A stretch of DNA of 64,000 nucleotides, from positions 464,527 to 528,526 of the forward strand of contig MU057880.1 in the NCBI GenBank assembly GCA_013265495.1, written 5' to 3'. Shown here in pieces: positions 24,901 through 35,390 of the stretch. The position numbers and the translations under genes are program-made. The notes under the pieces were generated by a model, which was given only the letters and a program-made list of their open reading frames with translations, did not search any database and was not told the origin of the DNA. The stretch is from Vicugna vicugna. Taxonomy: Eukaryota. Each line of letters starts with the position of its first letter. Position 1 is the first letter of the stretch.

Positions 24901-27900
24901 GACAGAACACGGGATCTCCCCCAGACCTCGTGTGGGCCAGGCAACATCATGAGGCCTTAGCTGTACTGACACCGATTCACCGTTTTAAATAAAAGTATAT
25001 TTGACAAGACTAAGCATCTGAATCATCACTGCTTACCAGTGAGCTGGCACTCAAGTGCAAGCAGTGCACTCAGAGATTTTATCAACAACTCCCACCCCCC
25101 AACACCAGCTTGGTATTCATTTGCAGGACTCAGCATAGCTCTTGCTTTCTAGAAATTCTGGGAGAGAAAACTTCTCAGATACGAAGGGAAAGCCTTAAAT
25201 TTCCAGGAATGACATGCTACCTATTTTTTTAATGATCATAATTGTCTTCCGTAACTATACTAAAGTGAGCATATGAGAAAAGGATAACGACATCAAGCTG
25301 TTCATAAACAATGTTCAATCTAACTTTTAAAAGACCCTGTGAGCAAGGATTCTGGATTAAGAGGGCCAACTGAACACATTTCCGATGTCACTGTCTCTTT
25401 AAAAATTACAGTAAAAAGAGTTTTAAAAAGAAGTAGGCAGGGACAAAGAAGAGAGGGAAATACATTTTGGACAGTGGAGATCAGAGGAACATGTGGATTC
25501 AGACGCAAGAAGGCTCAACTCCGTGTCTTCGGGGGTAAAACAGAACCACTTCACTTCATGCTGCAAATCCTTAAAAGACGTGTGAACTAACTACCAGCCC
25601 CTTCGTAACAGGGAGTGGAGGCAACGCAGAAGGATGTGGGCTAAAGTTGGGGGGGGGGGGACTCTGGTTATCTAATGCCCGAAGCCATACCGATTTATCA
25701 ATTTCTTCCTAGCTTGGAGTTTTTTAAAAAAAATATGTGTCATGTGTATCTAATAAAAGGACATTAGGGGAAAAAAGCATAGTAATATCATTCATAACAG
25801 CTTAAGTAGAAATAAGCAAAATGTCCATCAGTCAGTTCATGGATAAGTAAAATGTGGTATAACTACATAATGAAATATTATTTGACTATAAAAATTAACA
25901 AAGTACAAAAAAGAAAAGAAAAGAAAGTCAGGGAAGTCAGGGGTGGGTATTTGAGAAGCAGTTCCATCCATCCCTCATTCCAACCGGAATCTAGGGGTTA
26001 GCCATTGGCGAAGGGATGCAGCATGCGTGTCTGCACTGGGGGAGGCCAGCCCCGCTTCTCCCTTCATTCAGGTCTGAGCTCCTAAAAAGGCATCACACCA
26101 ACCCGTCCTTCCTCAGAAGGCCTCCTGGTCAGTGCCCTCCCGATCACACACCCCGAGTCCCCATCATAACCTTCAGACCTGCAGCGGGACAGGACCAGGA
26201 CCTCCCCTGCTTCTTTCCCACTGAGCCACCAGGACCCAGAAACCCTGAGTCCAGAGACTGAATGGTTACAGCCCCGGAACAGTCATCTGTAAGTAGTCAG
26301 CGACGCCTACCAAGGGCGTCCATGGTGGCTTAGATCTCTAAGCCAAGGTTTGGGTTTTCATCTTTGACTCCCCCGTGTGCGGAGAGCTGAAGTGGCACAG
26401 GTGTCCCCTCACACAGAACGAGGTGTCTGGGCTCGCTCCAAGCACAAGCAACTGGTCGCCCACACATACTGATGCCCACAGGGTCCTGCACCTAACCCAG
26501 GAAATCCAGTTCCCCGAATTCCTCTCAAGTAGACATTGGCCCAGGGAGAGCTGTGGGGGGTGGCGGAGTGGACAGCCTGGCTCGGGCAGGGGTGGCTGAG
26601 ATCTGGACCGGCTGTGGAAGCAAAGCTTTTACAGGACAATCTATCAGCTGCCTCTTGACCAGTGTTTACATGAAGAAGAACTTCCTAGTTCACTAGGAAT
26701 GGTGCTCCCAAGAAAATTAAAAGAAGAACCATTGTTTGGAAGACGACTTTTATTTTATTTTTTGTCATAATGTAAGCAAGCAAAGGGCTCATGTGGAAGG
26801 GTTTTATTAAGCAGCTGTATTATTTGTAGACTCTTGAAGGTACTGATTGAGTAAAATGAATCTTTTTTTAAGTTTTTTCAACAAATGTCAAGGGACGTTT
26901 TTAAATGAATGACCCCTTAAAGCCTACAAACCCGGGCTCTGTGATATCAGATGACTTTCCCTCTGTGTATTTTTTTTTCCTTTTTAGAAAGCTGTATTAA
27001 TATGCATTTACTCTGAATTGCTCTGGGATGCATTTTCGCACCCATACTTACCAATGTCGTCATCCGTCCTGTCAATGGGGTCCTTCTCCAGGCAGTCCCT
27101 CACAATGTCCCTGCTCATCAGTGGGTCTGAGGCCCTCTCGATGTCCTCTTCATCGTCATCGTCCTCAGAGTCCACAGCGGTCTCTGGCAACCCACTCAGG
27201 TCCATATCACCAGCCTCACTTTCCGTGGCCTGGAGACAGACCGAAAATTGATAGATTGATGGACAGAGAGAGACACACAGACAAATAAACAGACTGTGTC
27301 AAGTACACCTTTTGGACCCAAAAGAAAGAAAAACAAGTCTAGTGCAAAACATCAAACCCCTTACTATATTAATTTTTCCTTAACTACGTTACACATATTC
27401 AGTAGTAACAGATCTTTCTGCGCTAGGCACTACATAAAAGAATGATGGCAACAACATATAAGTGATTTTACCTCTTACTGAATTTTTAGTTAGGATTAGT
27501 AATTCTCTCTCAATAATTTTGACTTCTTATCTGAGCTGTTTGAAACATAGCAAAATAAGAAAAAGGTAAGTCTTTGTTTTCACTCCATTTTTCAAAGAGA
27601 ATGGCTTAAGCTAAGAGCTTAAGGGTGACAGTTAATTTGGAACAATTTCTTCCCCAGGAGAATAGGTGCAGATTTATTAATGCCAAGAAGACCGAACCAC
27701 TTCTCTGTCATTAGATGGTCTGTATGAAAAAGTGAATCCCAAATCACAGGTAACTTGATAAATATGCAAACAGAACATTTAGCCTGATGATCACAATGTC
27801 TACTCTCCAACTATAAACCACCAAAAGTGTGAAGGACCCTACACTCCGAGCAGTGACGCAGTCTTTCTCCCCATTCATTCCTCAACATGGCTGATGGTGT

Positions 27901-30900
27901 CACCGGTCAAACTCCAAGTCGTCAAGATACACCTGAATCTCTTCTCAGTCACCAGAGCCACACATTTCAAAACGGCGTCTCCTGTCGGGCTCTCTCAAGC
28001 CTGGAACAGCTATCCCCGTTGGTTATTCTGCAGCCTTTGTGATTATTATCTCAGCAATCGCATGCCTGTATCGCACTGGCCTTACTGGACGTTGCGTGCC
28101 CAGCATTCATTAAGTGCTTAAGTGTAGTAAGAATGGGTATGATTAAATATCAACTATATTGATCTTAAACATCACAGACATGTTTTTCCAGATAAAATAC
28201 TGACCTCTTAGGAAGACTTCATGATAAAACTATTAACTTTGTCGAAAACGTAACATTTACCAACTTCAAGTAGCTCATAGCTCATATGATCTTCAACGAC
28301 AATAAACAAATCTATTTTTAAGAACAGGCAAACACTGATTAAAATAAATAAAACTGTAAATATAAAGTGTTGAACCTGACAGTAATAAGCCAACACCAAA
28401 TACAACATGCCAGGAGCTGCTGTACGTGGCTTCTGTGTAGTAACTCATTTCATCCTTAAGACAATCCTACGAAGTAAGTGCCCTTATTAACTTCTATTAC
28501 TCTGCAAACATCCAGGTGAAGAGAGATTATTTTTCCACGATCGTGCTCCTGGTAACTGCGGAACTGAGAATGGAACCAGGAGTTCTGGCCCCAGAGTCAG
28601 AACTACAAGTACTCGGTCTCTTTATATAATAGACACTCAATACACGCAACCTCCTAGACGATCTACACTCCGTCTATAATTCAGTTTAAGTCAAGTTTAC
28701 AGAAGAAACTGTATTGTTTTTGTATCAACAAAGCTTCACCTTTCTGAAGTGTTGGTTTACATTACAGAACACGCTATTTAAGTCTACATTTTGAAGCAAC
28801 GCAAGCATCAGTTAGTTTTTTTTTCTACAGTTTAACAGCTAGAATTTTAATCACACTTCGTTCTTTAGGTACAACATCCTGAACGGAAATACAAGCATCA
28901 TAAGAAAAACCTACGGGGAAGATAACCGAAGACAGAACAGGTGGAAGGGGACAGCTTAACCTCTGCGGAAGCTGTGTCCACAGGGGCCTTCGTGGACGAC
29001 TGACGGGCCGGACCACGGCCAGCGCTGCGCACGTGGGGGAGAGGTGAGGCTTAGCTCGGCAGCACACCCCTAATTCGGACTGTCTCTGGATTCTAGCATG
29101 AAATTGAAAACACAATTGGATGTGATCTGGTCAGCCGAGGCCACAGTCAGAGAAACCAGGCCAACCCTGCTGGTGTCACCGCCCTATTTCCAAAGCCTAA
29201 AAACGTGACCGCTGGGTCAGGCCTGCTATGATCACATCTCACCCCAGCTGCGCTTTAACAGTGACGATTATTAGCCATCACCTTACATTTTCAAATATAC
29301 ACTCAGTTCTCTCTTCATACATTCTGTAGTATTAGCCTGGAGTGAGGAGGCATTGTGGAAGATGGAAATTAAAACAAAAAACTCTTCGAAATAAAGTTAT
29401 ATAACCTAAGGTTTTTCTTTAATTCTTAAACATCTAACATATGGCAAGAGATGAGAGATATATTTTATACCACTCCAAAGAAACCATTACTATCACTTAA
29501 ATGAATTATATTTACGTCTTAAATAGAACCAAGATTTTCAAATGTGAGTTGGATTAATCTTTCCGAAACTGAACTCTCCACTCTATTTGTGTAAATAATC
29601 ATTAACTGTTTTCTGTTTCTGCGATGTGGACTCCATTCTTTAAGAAACAAACAATCTTCCAAATAACATTCACTGAACATTCATTTAAAATAAATACCCA
29701 TTTCATTTTAAAATATATAGAATTCCTTTAAATAATGCATTTTAAAAATTGACTTATTTTTAAGGAATTGACTTTTTCATAATCCCACTGTCTGATGAAC
29801 AGTGAGACACGTGGAGACTGAGTGGAGTTAAAAGGTTTAATGACCCCTGACTGGTCTACAGGAAGAGAGTGCTAAACCCAAGTGCCTGGAACGTGGGGGT
29901 CACTGAACTTGCATCTGCTGGATGAGCAGACAAACCAGAGGTCAGCAGTTCAGGTCTCTGCTCCAGCATTCACTGTGTGACCTTAACCAAGTTGTTGGAC
30001 CTGTGCAAACCCAGCGTTATCCTCAGGAAACCGGAGTTACACCTTGCCATCCCTAGGGCTGTTCTTGGGTCAAATAAGGGAAAAGAAAGCCAGTGACAGC
30101 CTATACCAAAAGTCCCTTCTGCGGGGGACACATTTTCACCTCAATGCCTGCACACCTTTCCCTCTCCCCACCCCAGCTATGAGCCTCACACACAGTTTAT
30201 ATTGGCAGAATTTGTCTAAAAAACCCAAACTCTGTTAAATATCCCAACCCCTGACATAATGTAAAAATTTCTCTCAGGCTAACTGTATCTGTTAAAATCT
30301 GGCTAAATGGTTCACACAGCAATTATAAAAATGGTGACTGAGCCAGCACGGAGTGACCACCACGTACCTAGCTCTACACCTGATGCTTATCATCGGTGAT
30401 AATTAATCTTCATATCAATTCAACACATCAGGATTGTTACCACTATTCAGATGAGTAAACACCGGAACATTGGACACATTGTTCAGTGTAAACAAAACAA
30501 AGCCGAGTAATTGTACCAGGACTCAAGATCAGGTCTGACCAACACAAACTACTGAACACTTGCACTCTAATATTTCACCCAGTTTTCTAAAGACTGTCTT
30601 CATGAAGAAAATAGCTAAAATATAATAAAGCAATAAAATGTTTTCTGCTTCACTAAGTCGCAAAACATAAAATGTTGAACAATTTATATCTGTATATAAA
30701 CATAAACAAAATGCCTGAAATTTTCCAGCTTCCTCCAAATGACAGTATTGCTAAGATTAATGCCAGTCTTTAAGCCCTTTTATTCTAAGTAAAGACACAC
30801 ACACATTTTATATTTAAAAGGTATCTGATTATATTGGTCTTGGGAGCAAAAATAAAGCCACTTAGGCCAATAGCTCCTGTCCTAAATTAATGACTCCTCC

Positions 30901-33900
30901 ACATGGATAACAGAACAGATTTAGGTGCACATTATAGTTAAATAGTAATATTCTCAAAAAAAAAAAAAAACCTCTCATAATATTCTGAGATCAACGCTGA
31001 AAGCTCTATGATTTATTCAGATCAAAAGGGGCTATTTACATTTTGTTATTATGAAAGCAGTTCTTAAAACCAGTTTCATTTTGCATTTTTAAGGGATATG
31101 AAGTAAATGAAGAAACAGAAGAAACAGTAAATGCCACAAAGCTCTAATGAAGTTATTGAAGTAAAATAAAAACAACTAACTACTACGCATTTATCATTAT
31201 GTCCTTAAAAATCACTCATGAAAACCTTTTTGCTTATTAAATATCAAACACCCACGCCTATCCCCATGGTCAGGAGGGCTGCTTAATAAATATTCATGAT
31301 GGAAATAAATTTATGTAGAAAGTATGAAAACACATTTGGAAATAAGTACAACGCTTGCAGTAAGCTCTGTTTGTGTATCATAATTTATGCTGTTCCTAAT
31401 CTTACACTAGGAATGTTTTTTTTCTATTTCAATAAAGGAGATACCTATATATGCCTAAAAGAACAATCCTTCAAAGCTTTTAATGTAAACTGTTAGGTTT
31501 CTTTCCAAAAACTACAATCCTAACAGGTGTAAGAATGTCTATCTATAATCATTTATTACAAGGAGCTAAGTCAGCGCTAATTTAATAGGAAAAGTAGCTT
31601 CATATTTAAATCCTCATACACTCGATTACTAATGTCTTAAGTATTTTCTTGTAGGGCATAGACATTTGCACGGTCTCTTCTGCAAACTACCTACTCTTGT
31701 CCTTTGAATACTATTATGTTGTGAGCTGAGTATTTTCCTAATTAATTTGCATAAGTGAAACTATTCTGACTTTAAATCTTTGTCTCAATTGATCTTCTAA
31801 TTTATTAAAAGTTTTGATCAGTCATTATGCCACTAAGAATTTGCTAACTCTTTGGTTTATCTGGAATTTAATCTTAATTATAATACAAACAAGGATATTA
31901 AAATTACTCCCCTGCCCTGAAGACCATGTACTGACTAACCTCGCTGCACGGACTCGTGAGGTTCCCTCTATTACGTGCTACATCCTTATGTGTGGGTTTC
32001 GTTTTGCTTGAACCCTCTGTTCTAGTGATCTGTCCATTTTTGTACAATTATTTCCAGTCCACCTAAGTCACTGCTCTGATCGTCACTCCATGTGACCAGG
32101 ACCTTATCATGGCTGGAAACTGCATGGTCTCCTGTCACCAGCTTAGGCACTCACTCTGCCTTCTGTCACCAATAACCTCCTATTTCTCAGCCTGCTTCCA
32201 CTGCCTCCCAAGGAGGCCTTTTATTAAACAAGCACGATTCTCAGTCTTCCAGATTCTCCGTCCTGTGGCTCGCCCTCACACTTCCAGCTTGTGGTCCCTA
32301 GTCCAATGGTGCAGTCACCTTCACTGGACTCACCTTTCTGAATGCCTACAACTTCCTGGCCCTGCTCCAGGCTCCAGACAAGACAGATCAGTGCCCTGTC
32401 TTCCTGAAGCTGCCACTCCGGGAGGCAGGTATGGCGACTCAGCAAAAGTAATCATCGTTTTGGCTAAAGTCTAAGGAAAAGACTAGCCAGGAAAGGATCC
32501 AAACTGTAGGAGAGGACCTGCTTTTCAGAGGGCAGTAAGGAAAGAAGTCTCTGAGAAGACAGTCCTGGAGAACGAAGTCACACAACGGTCAAGTGAGGAG
32601 AGAACATTCCTGACGGAAGGTCTGCAAAAGCAGAGTGTGGCGTGTCGCTCCCGCCTTCCTCGCACTACACTCTAACGAGGCTGTAGTCCTGGAGAAGCCA
32701 AACCCCTGCCTGCTCCGTGCTCACCGCACCAGGCGGTGGGAAATCACTCCGCATTCGAGGGCACCAACCTGGCTGAGCCTTCAGCGCTCTGGTCAGTTTG
32801 CTCTCCTCCTCTCTGAAACTATTCTCTCCTTAAACGTTCCCACCCGCCAACCCTCTCACTCTGAACGGAAGACTCAGACATGCCAGACAGAAACTCCCTC
32901 AACCCCAAACTCCCCGCTCCAAGCCCACCATGGCCTGTCCCTAGTAACACAGAGGAGGTTTCTTCCTGAAAGCTAGTGATTCCACTCCGCTCTTGAATTC
33001 CCTTCCCAGCCTCTCTGAAACATTATTCTGTCCTCTTCTCTCCTGCACACAGCATTTGATTTCAACCTCTCTGTGCCCATCTTGGGAGCATTTATACTCG
33101 CTTCCAACCTGACAGCTTTCTCCCCAGTCAGAACCATGCAAAGATTAAAGGGTTGCCTGGGGGGGACAGCTGCCCATCACTGGGATGTTCAAGAATAAAC
33201 TGGATGTTCGAGTGACAGTAAAGTTGTGGAGGGTTCGGAGACAAGACTGGTCCCTGAACGAGTTGCACCTGTCAGATTTCTTCTCACCTGAGAGTTTCTG
33301 ATTTAAAGACAACAGACATGGTCTAGTGAGGATTTCCATGTTGTCTGATATAATCAGAAACTAAATCTTTGGATACATCTATGGATCTTTCCCTAGGAAG
33401 GATATAAACTTAACAGGCTACACGCCTGTCGTCAAGTTTGAAATGAATAGCCTTGAAACTCAAGCGAATTGGATCACAATACACAGGGGTCCTCTTTTCC
33501 ACGATAAAGTCAGACTGCAGGCTGCAAGCTCCAACCCAGTCAGAGTGACGTGGATTTCTCACCACAGTCTGTGTCCTCAGAGGTCCTGGTGGTGGCTGGG
33601 GACAGCAGAGGTACCACCAGGAATCTCCCCATGACCTTACCCCATCCTACCCAAGGGAGTGACACAGAGCCCAAGTTCCCTGCAGGATCAGCGTCGATAA
33701 ATTCTGTAGACAACCTACTTCACTCCTATCACATAAATTTACCTTTCGGAGTTCCATTCAGGCTTGCATTGTACTTGGAGAAAGCAGTGGTAACTGCTCC
33801 AGCCTCGAGCTGTGTTTCTGTTACAGATCTTTAAAATGTATAATCATCTCAAAGTGTAGAAGACAAAGTGTCCATCGTGATGTTTCAAGTAACATAAGCT

Positions 33901-35390
33901 AAAGCAGAGCTTCTACACACACTGTCCTTTGCTCTGTTACAAGGGACACTCCTGAGTAAACGTGTGAAAAAGTCAACTTCTAAAAACTAGGCATTTTGAG
34001 GGGTTGGAGGAGAGCAGTTTTACCCTGATCCACCGCCTTCTCTTCTCAACGTTTGAAAATTGGATTACTTCCTGTACATTTAAGTACAAGTTAACACTTA
34101 ATGCATCAAAGTGGAAATTTGAAAGGTTACTTTAAAGAGTCAAATAATTATATTTCTTATTGCAAAAATAATAAAAAAGTTCTTAATTAGCCAAGAAGCT
34201 GCAAATAATTGCTTTGTGGCTACCAATTCTCAGTCAGCGAGCTTTCAACAACACTCCTGGAGTACAGAAAAGTGTGTGCCTAATGCGCCCTTAAGAGAAA
34301 ATTAATTTTCTAAGATCTACTAAATTTAGGGCTTGAACAGGTATGTTTCGCCCTGATGGTATTCTGATTGTTTAGATGCTTTTAGTAATGTTTTCTAAAA
34401 AAAGAAAGTTGGCACTGCTTGAATACATCAATGACCCTGAAACACTCCAGTGTTTCTAAAGAAAGGTTTTTATGGCCAGCTCGTAGCACAATTCCTAAGA
34501 AGCAGAGAATTATACTTTGTAAAGTGAGTATGATGTTCTTTTTGGTTGAAACCATACAAAACCCCATATTAGCTTATATACTGAAAGACTCCCCAGAAGG
34601 ACTTTTTTCTGCATATTTTAGTCACTTTTCCTAATTTTTATTTTCTAAGCGAATGAACTATTCCTTAACAATTAAAATTATTTTGCTTTTAAAACATTTT
34701 TGAAATCCCATAGTTCTGGTTTCTTTTCTATCCATCAGTATCCTAAGAATTTATTTTAAACATATAACTCAACCTATAGGCAAGAAAAATAATGCAAGAA
34801 AAATAATTCAAAGAGCCAATCTTAATAATCTCTTCCTTTTTAAGACTTTAATAAGAAAAGCTTATTATAAAAGCATAATTCAGAAGTTTTCCCCTAAAAT
34901 TTTAGTCAAGAAAAGAGTCGTACACCTAGTATGGCTACAGTCAAATTAATAAAATATTTGGAGTCAAGGGAAATATTTCCATTGTAGCTACTCTATTTAA
35001 AATTCTCATGACTGGTGACAGCAGATGCAAACACAATTAGACAGTTGTTCTAATTTAATTTAGGAAGTTCTATTTCCTAAAACGAGCATACAGTGTACTG
35101 TATGCCTGGGTGAAGCACAAACACTAGCACTTCGTGTACACGTATGCACATGTAATATATGCACATGTATTTACTCTACACATCCTATCAATGAAGAATC
35201 ACGGAACCGCTTAGGACACAAGAAAACGAAGCGAGTGACGAGGAAAACACCTTCTTACCTGGTAGATGTCAGAAAGGCTGCTGCTTCCGGAGTCACTGGT
35301 GATACTACATCCTGAGTGGCTGGAAGAGACGTGGGTCACCTGCGGGTGAAGACTATCAGTGAGGTGCAGCTTTGTGAAGTCTGCAGGGAG
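57..35390 (-). CDS. RAPGEF2: RAPGEF2 (PDZ-GEF1/RA-GEF-1/CNrasGEF), partial multi-exon CDS: 17 exons, 2959 nt, open at both ends
   Basis: Spliced translation [10 protein letters not shown]...CEPATST matches RAPGEF2 as I recall it, with domain order cNMP-like, REM, PDZ, RA, RasGEF. Every exon has AG/GT ends and the phases chain without a frameshift. Confidence 0.98.
1340..1363 (-). CDS. RAPGEF2: RAPGEF2 24-nt microexon, phase 2-2 ((R)KKKWRSL(G))
   Basis: cttacag|G AAG AAG AAG TGG AGG AGT CTG GG|gtaagt. It supplies the [16 protein letters not shown] junction I recall from the human protein. Confidence 0.92.
1953..2076 (-). CDS. RAPGEF2: RAPGEF2 exon, 124 nt ([13 protein letters not shown]...MFRT), end of the RasGEF domain
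   Basis: Boundaries tttcag|GA and CCG|gtgagt; LVNFEKLR motif; preceded by a 91-nt intron. Confidence 0.97.
2168..2379 (-). CDS. RAPGEF2: RAPGEF2 exon, 212 nt ([10 protein letters not shown]...DLTFLHE), RasGEF domain
   Basis: Boundaries ctgctcag|C and GAAG|gtaaaa; contains [19 protein letters not shown]. Confidence 0.98.
2543..2695 (+). mobile_element. 5'-truncated L1 3' end with a 13-bp TSD
   Basis: L1 3'UTR-like text (tactgtacagcacaggg...tgctgtacacctgaa...cttcaattaaaaa) flanked by AATAATTCTGGGT at 2530-2542 and 2696-2708. Confidence 0.85.
3309..3483 (-). mobile_element. tRNA-Ala-derived SINE (camelid Vic-1-like)
   Basis: Reverse complement reads GGGGGAGGGTATAGCTCAGCGGTAGAG...GGTTCAATCCCCAGTACCTCC, followed by cctaattacccc and an A-rich tail. 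Confidence 0.88.
3758..4141 (-). CDS. RAPGEF2: RAPGEF2 exon, 384 nt (YYLKNN...NFNSMFAII), RasGEF catalytic domain
   Basis: Boundaries ttccccag|G and ATCAG|gtagga; CDC25-type motifs EVATQLS and NFNSMFAII. Confidence 0.98.
6058..6298 (-). CDS. RAPGEF2: RAPGEF2 exon, 241 nt ([13 protein letters not shown]...IQLSG), RA domain
   Basis: Boundaries ccccag|AC and GGAAG|gtacac. Confidence 0.97.
6921..7078 (-). CDS. RAPGEF2: RAPGEF2 exon, 158 nt ([10 protein letters not shown]...DFSTTP)
   Basis: Boundaries gttcag|T and CCAG|gtgagc. Confidence 0.97.
10687..10933 (-). CDS. RAPGEF2: RAPGEF2 exon, 247 nt (FKELLTR...PQKPY)
   Basis: Boundaries ttttcag|TA and TATAA|gtaagt; overlaps ORF 10683..10910. Confidence 0.97.
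11343..11502 (+). mobile_element. Vic-1-like SINE with TSD
   Basis: tRNA-like head, ctaattacctccc and an A-tail; CTAAATGTAA repeated at 11332-11341 and 11503-11512. Confidence 0.88.
11575..11683 (-). CDS. RAPGEF2: RAPGEF2 exon, 109 nt (ILEVNGQ...KTNLF), end of the PDZ domain
   Basis: Boundaries ttctag|ATA and TTTG|gtaagt; ILEVNG PDZ motif; preceded by a 96-nt intron. Confidence 0.96.
11780..11983 (-). CDS. RAPGEF2: RAPGEF2 exon, 204 nt (KMGGHL...GLKRGDQ), PDZ domain
   Basis: Boundaries ttgtag|AAA and CAG|gtacgg; PDZ-type GFGIFVDSV...AGLKRGDQ; preceded by an 89-nt intron. Confidence 0.97.
12073..12180 (-). CDS. RAPGEF2: RAPGEF2 exon, 108 nt ([16 protein letters not shown]...NNLERE), REM domain
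   Basis: Boundaries ttttcag|GTT and GAG|gtaata. Confidence 0.97.
12335..12477 (+). mobile_element. Vic-1-like SINE
   Basis: ggggagggtatagctcagcggtagagcg...cttagcatgcac...ccccagtacctc followed by an A-rich tail. Confidence 0.88.
12915..12959 (+). repeat. (AC)22 microsatellite
   Basis: Pure AC run read directly. Confidence 0.95.
13804..14320 (+). mobile_element. Solo LTR, ERV1 class (MER41-like), 517 bp
   Basis: Begins TGTAACA and ends GGCAACA (TG...CA); 4-bp TSD CTTT at 13800-13803 and 14321-14324. Family name is from recalled resemblance. Confidence 0.8.
15023..15187 (-). CDS. RAPGEF2: RAPGEF2 exon, 165 nt (GTSERLTM...PSLRDK), REM domain
   Basis: Boundaries ttacag|GGC and AAG|gttgga; contains DFLLTYRTF, typical of REM domains. 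Confidence 0.97.
15446..15598 (-). CDS. RAPGEF2: RAPGEF2 exon, 153 nt (FVCIAQQDY...GHIVIK)
   Basis: Boundaries ttccag|TTT and AAG|gtagga; 51 codons. Confidence 0.96.
20415..20573 (-). CDS. RAPGEF2: RAPGEF2 exon, 159 nt ([10 protein letters not shown]...KVDDCQ), cNMP-like domain
   Basis: Boundaries gagccag|CTG and CAG|gtataa; 53 codons. Confidence 0.96.
21132..21268 (-). CDS. RAPGEF2: RAPGEF2 exon, 137 nt (EQLLEFMHQ...NDGEE), start of the cNMP-like domain
   Basis: Boundaries ttttcag|AA and GAG|gtgtgg; overlaps ORF 21027..21290. Confidence 0.97.
21986..22129 (-). mobile_element. Vic-1-like SINE with degenerate TSD
   Basis: Reverse-complement tRNA-like head and a poly-T tail on the + strand; flanks ctgtggtatctattct and ctgtggtctctgttct. 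Confidence 0.85.
25785..25910 (+). mobile_element. Old L1 ORF2-end fragment
   Basis: cattcataacagc...aaatgtccatcag...ggataagtaaaatgtggtat...atgaaatatta. Confidence 0.6.
27052..27229 (-). CDS. RAPGEF2: RAPGEF2 exon, 178 nt ([13 protein letters not shown]...DRTDDDI)
   Basis: Boundaries tctccag|GCC and ATTG|gtaagt; acidic EDDDDEED stretch; overlaps ORF 27008..27205. Confidence 0.97.
28400..28600 (-). mobile_element. MIR relic
   Basis: taactcatttcatcctt...caatcctacgaagtaagt...gaaccaggagttctggccccagag. Confidence 0.55.
35259..35390 (-). CDS. RAPGEF2: RAPGEF2 exon, 132 nt, phase 0-0 ([10 protein letters not shown]...SSLSDIYQ)
   Basis: Acceptor ccttccctag|CTC and donor CAG|gtaaga; 44 codons. Not captured by the ORF track. 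Confidence 0.96.
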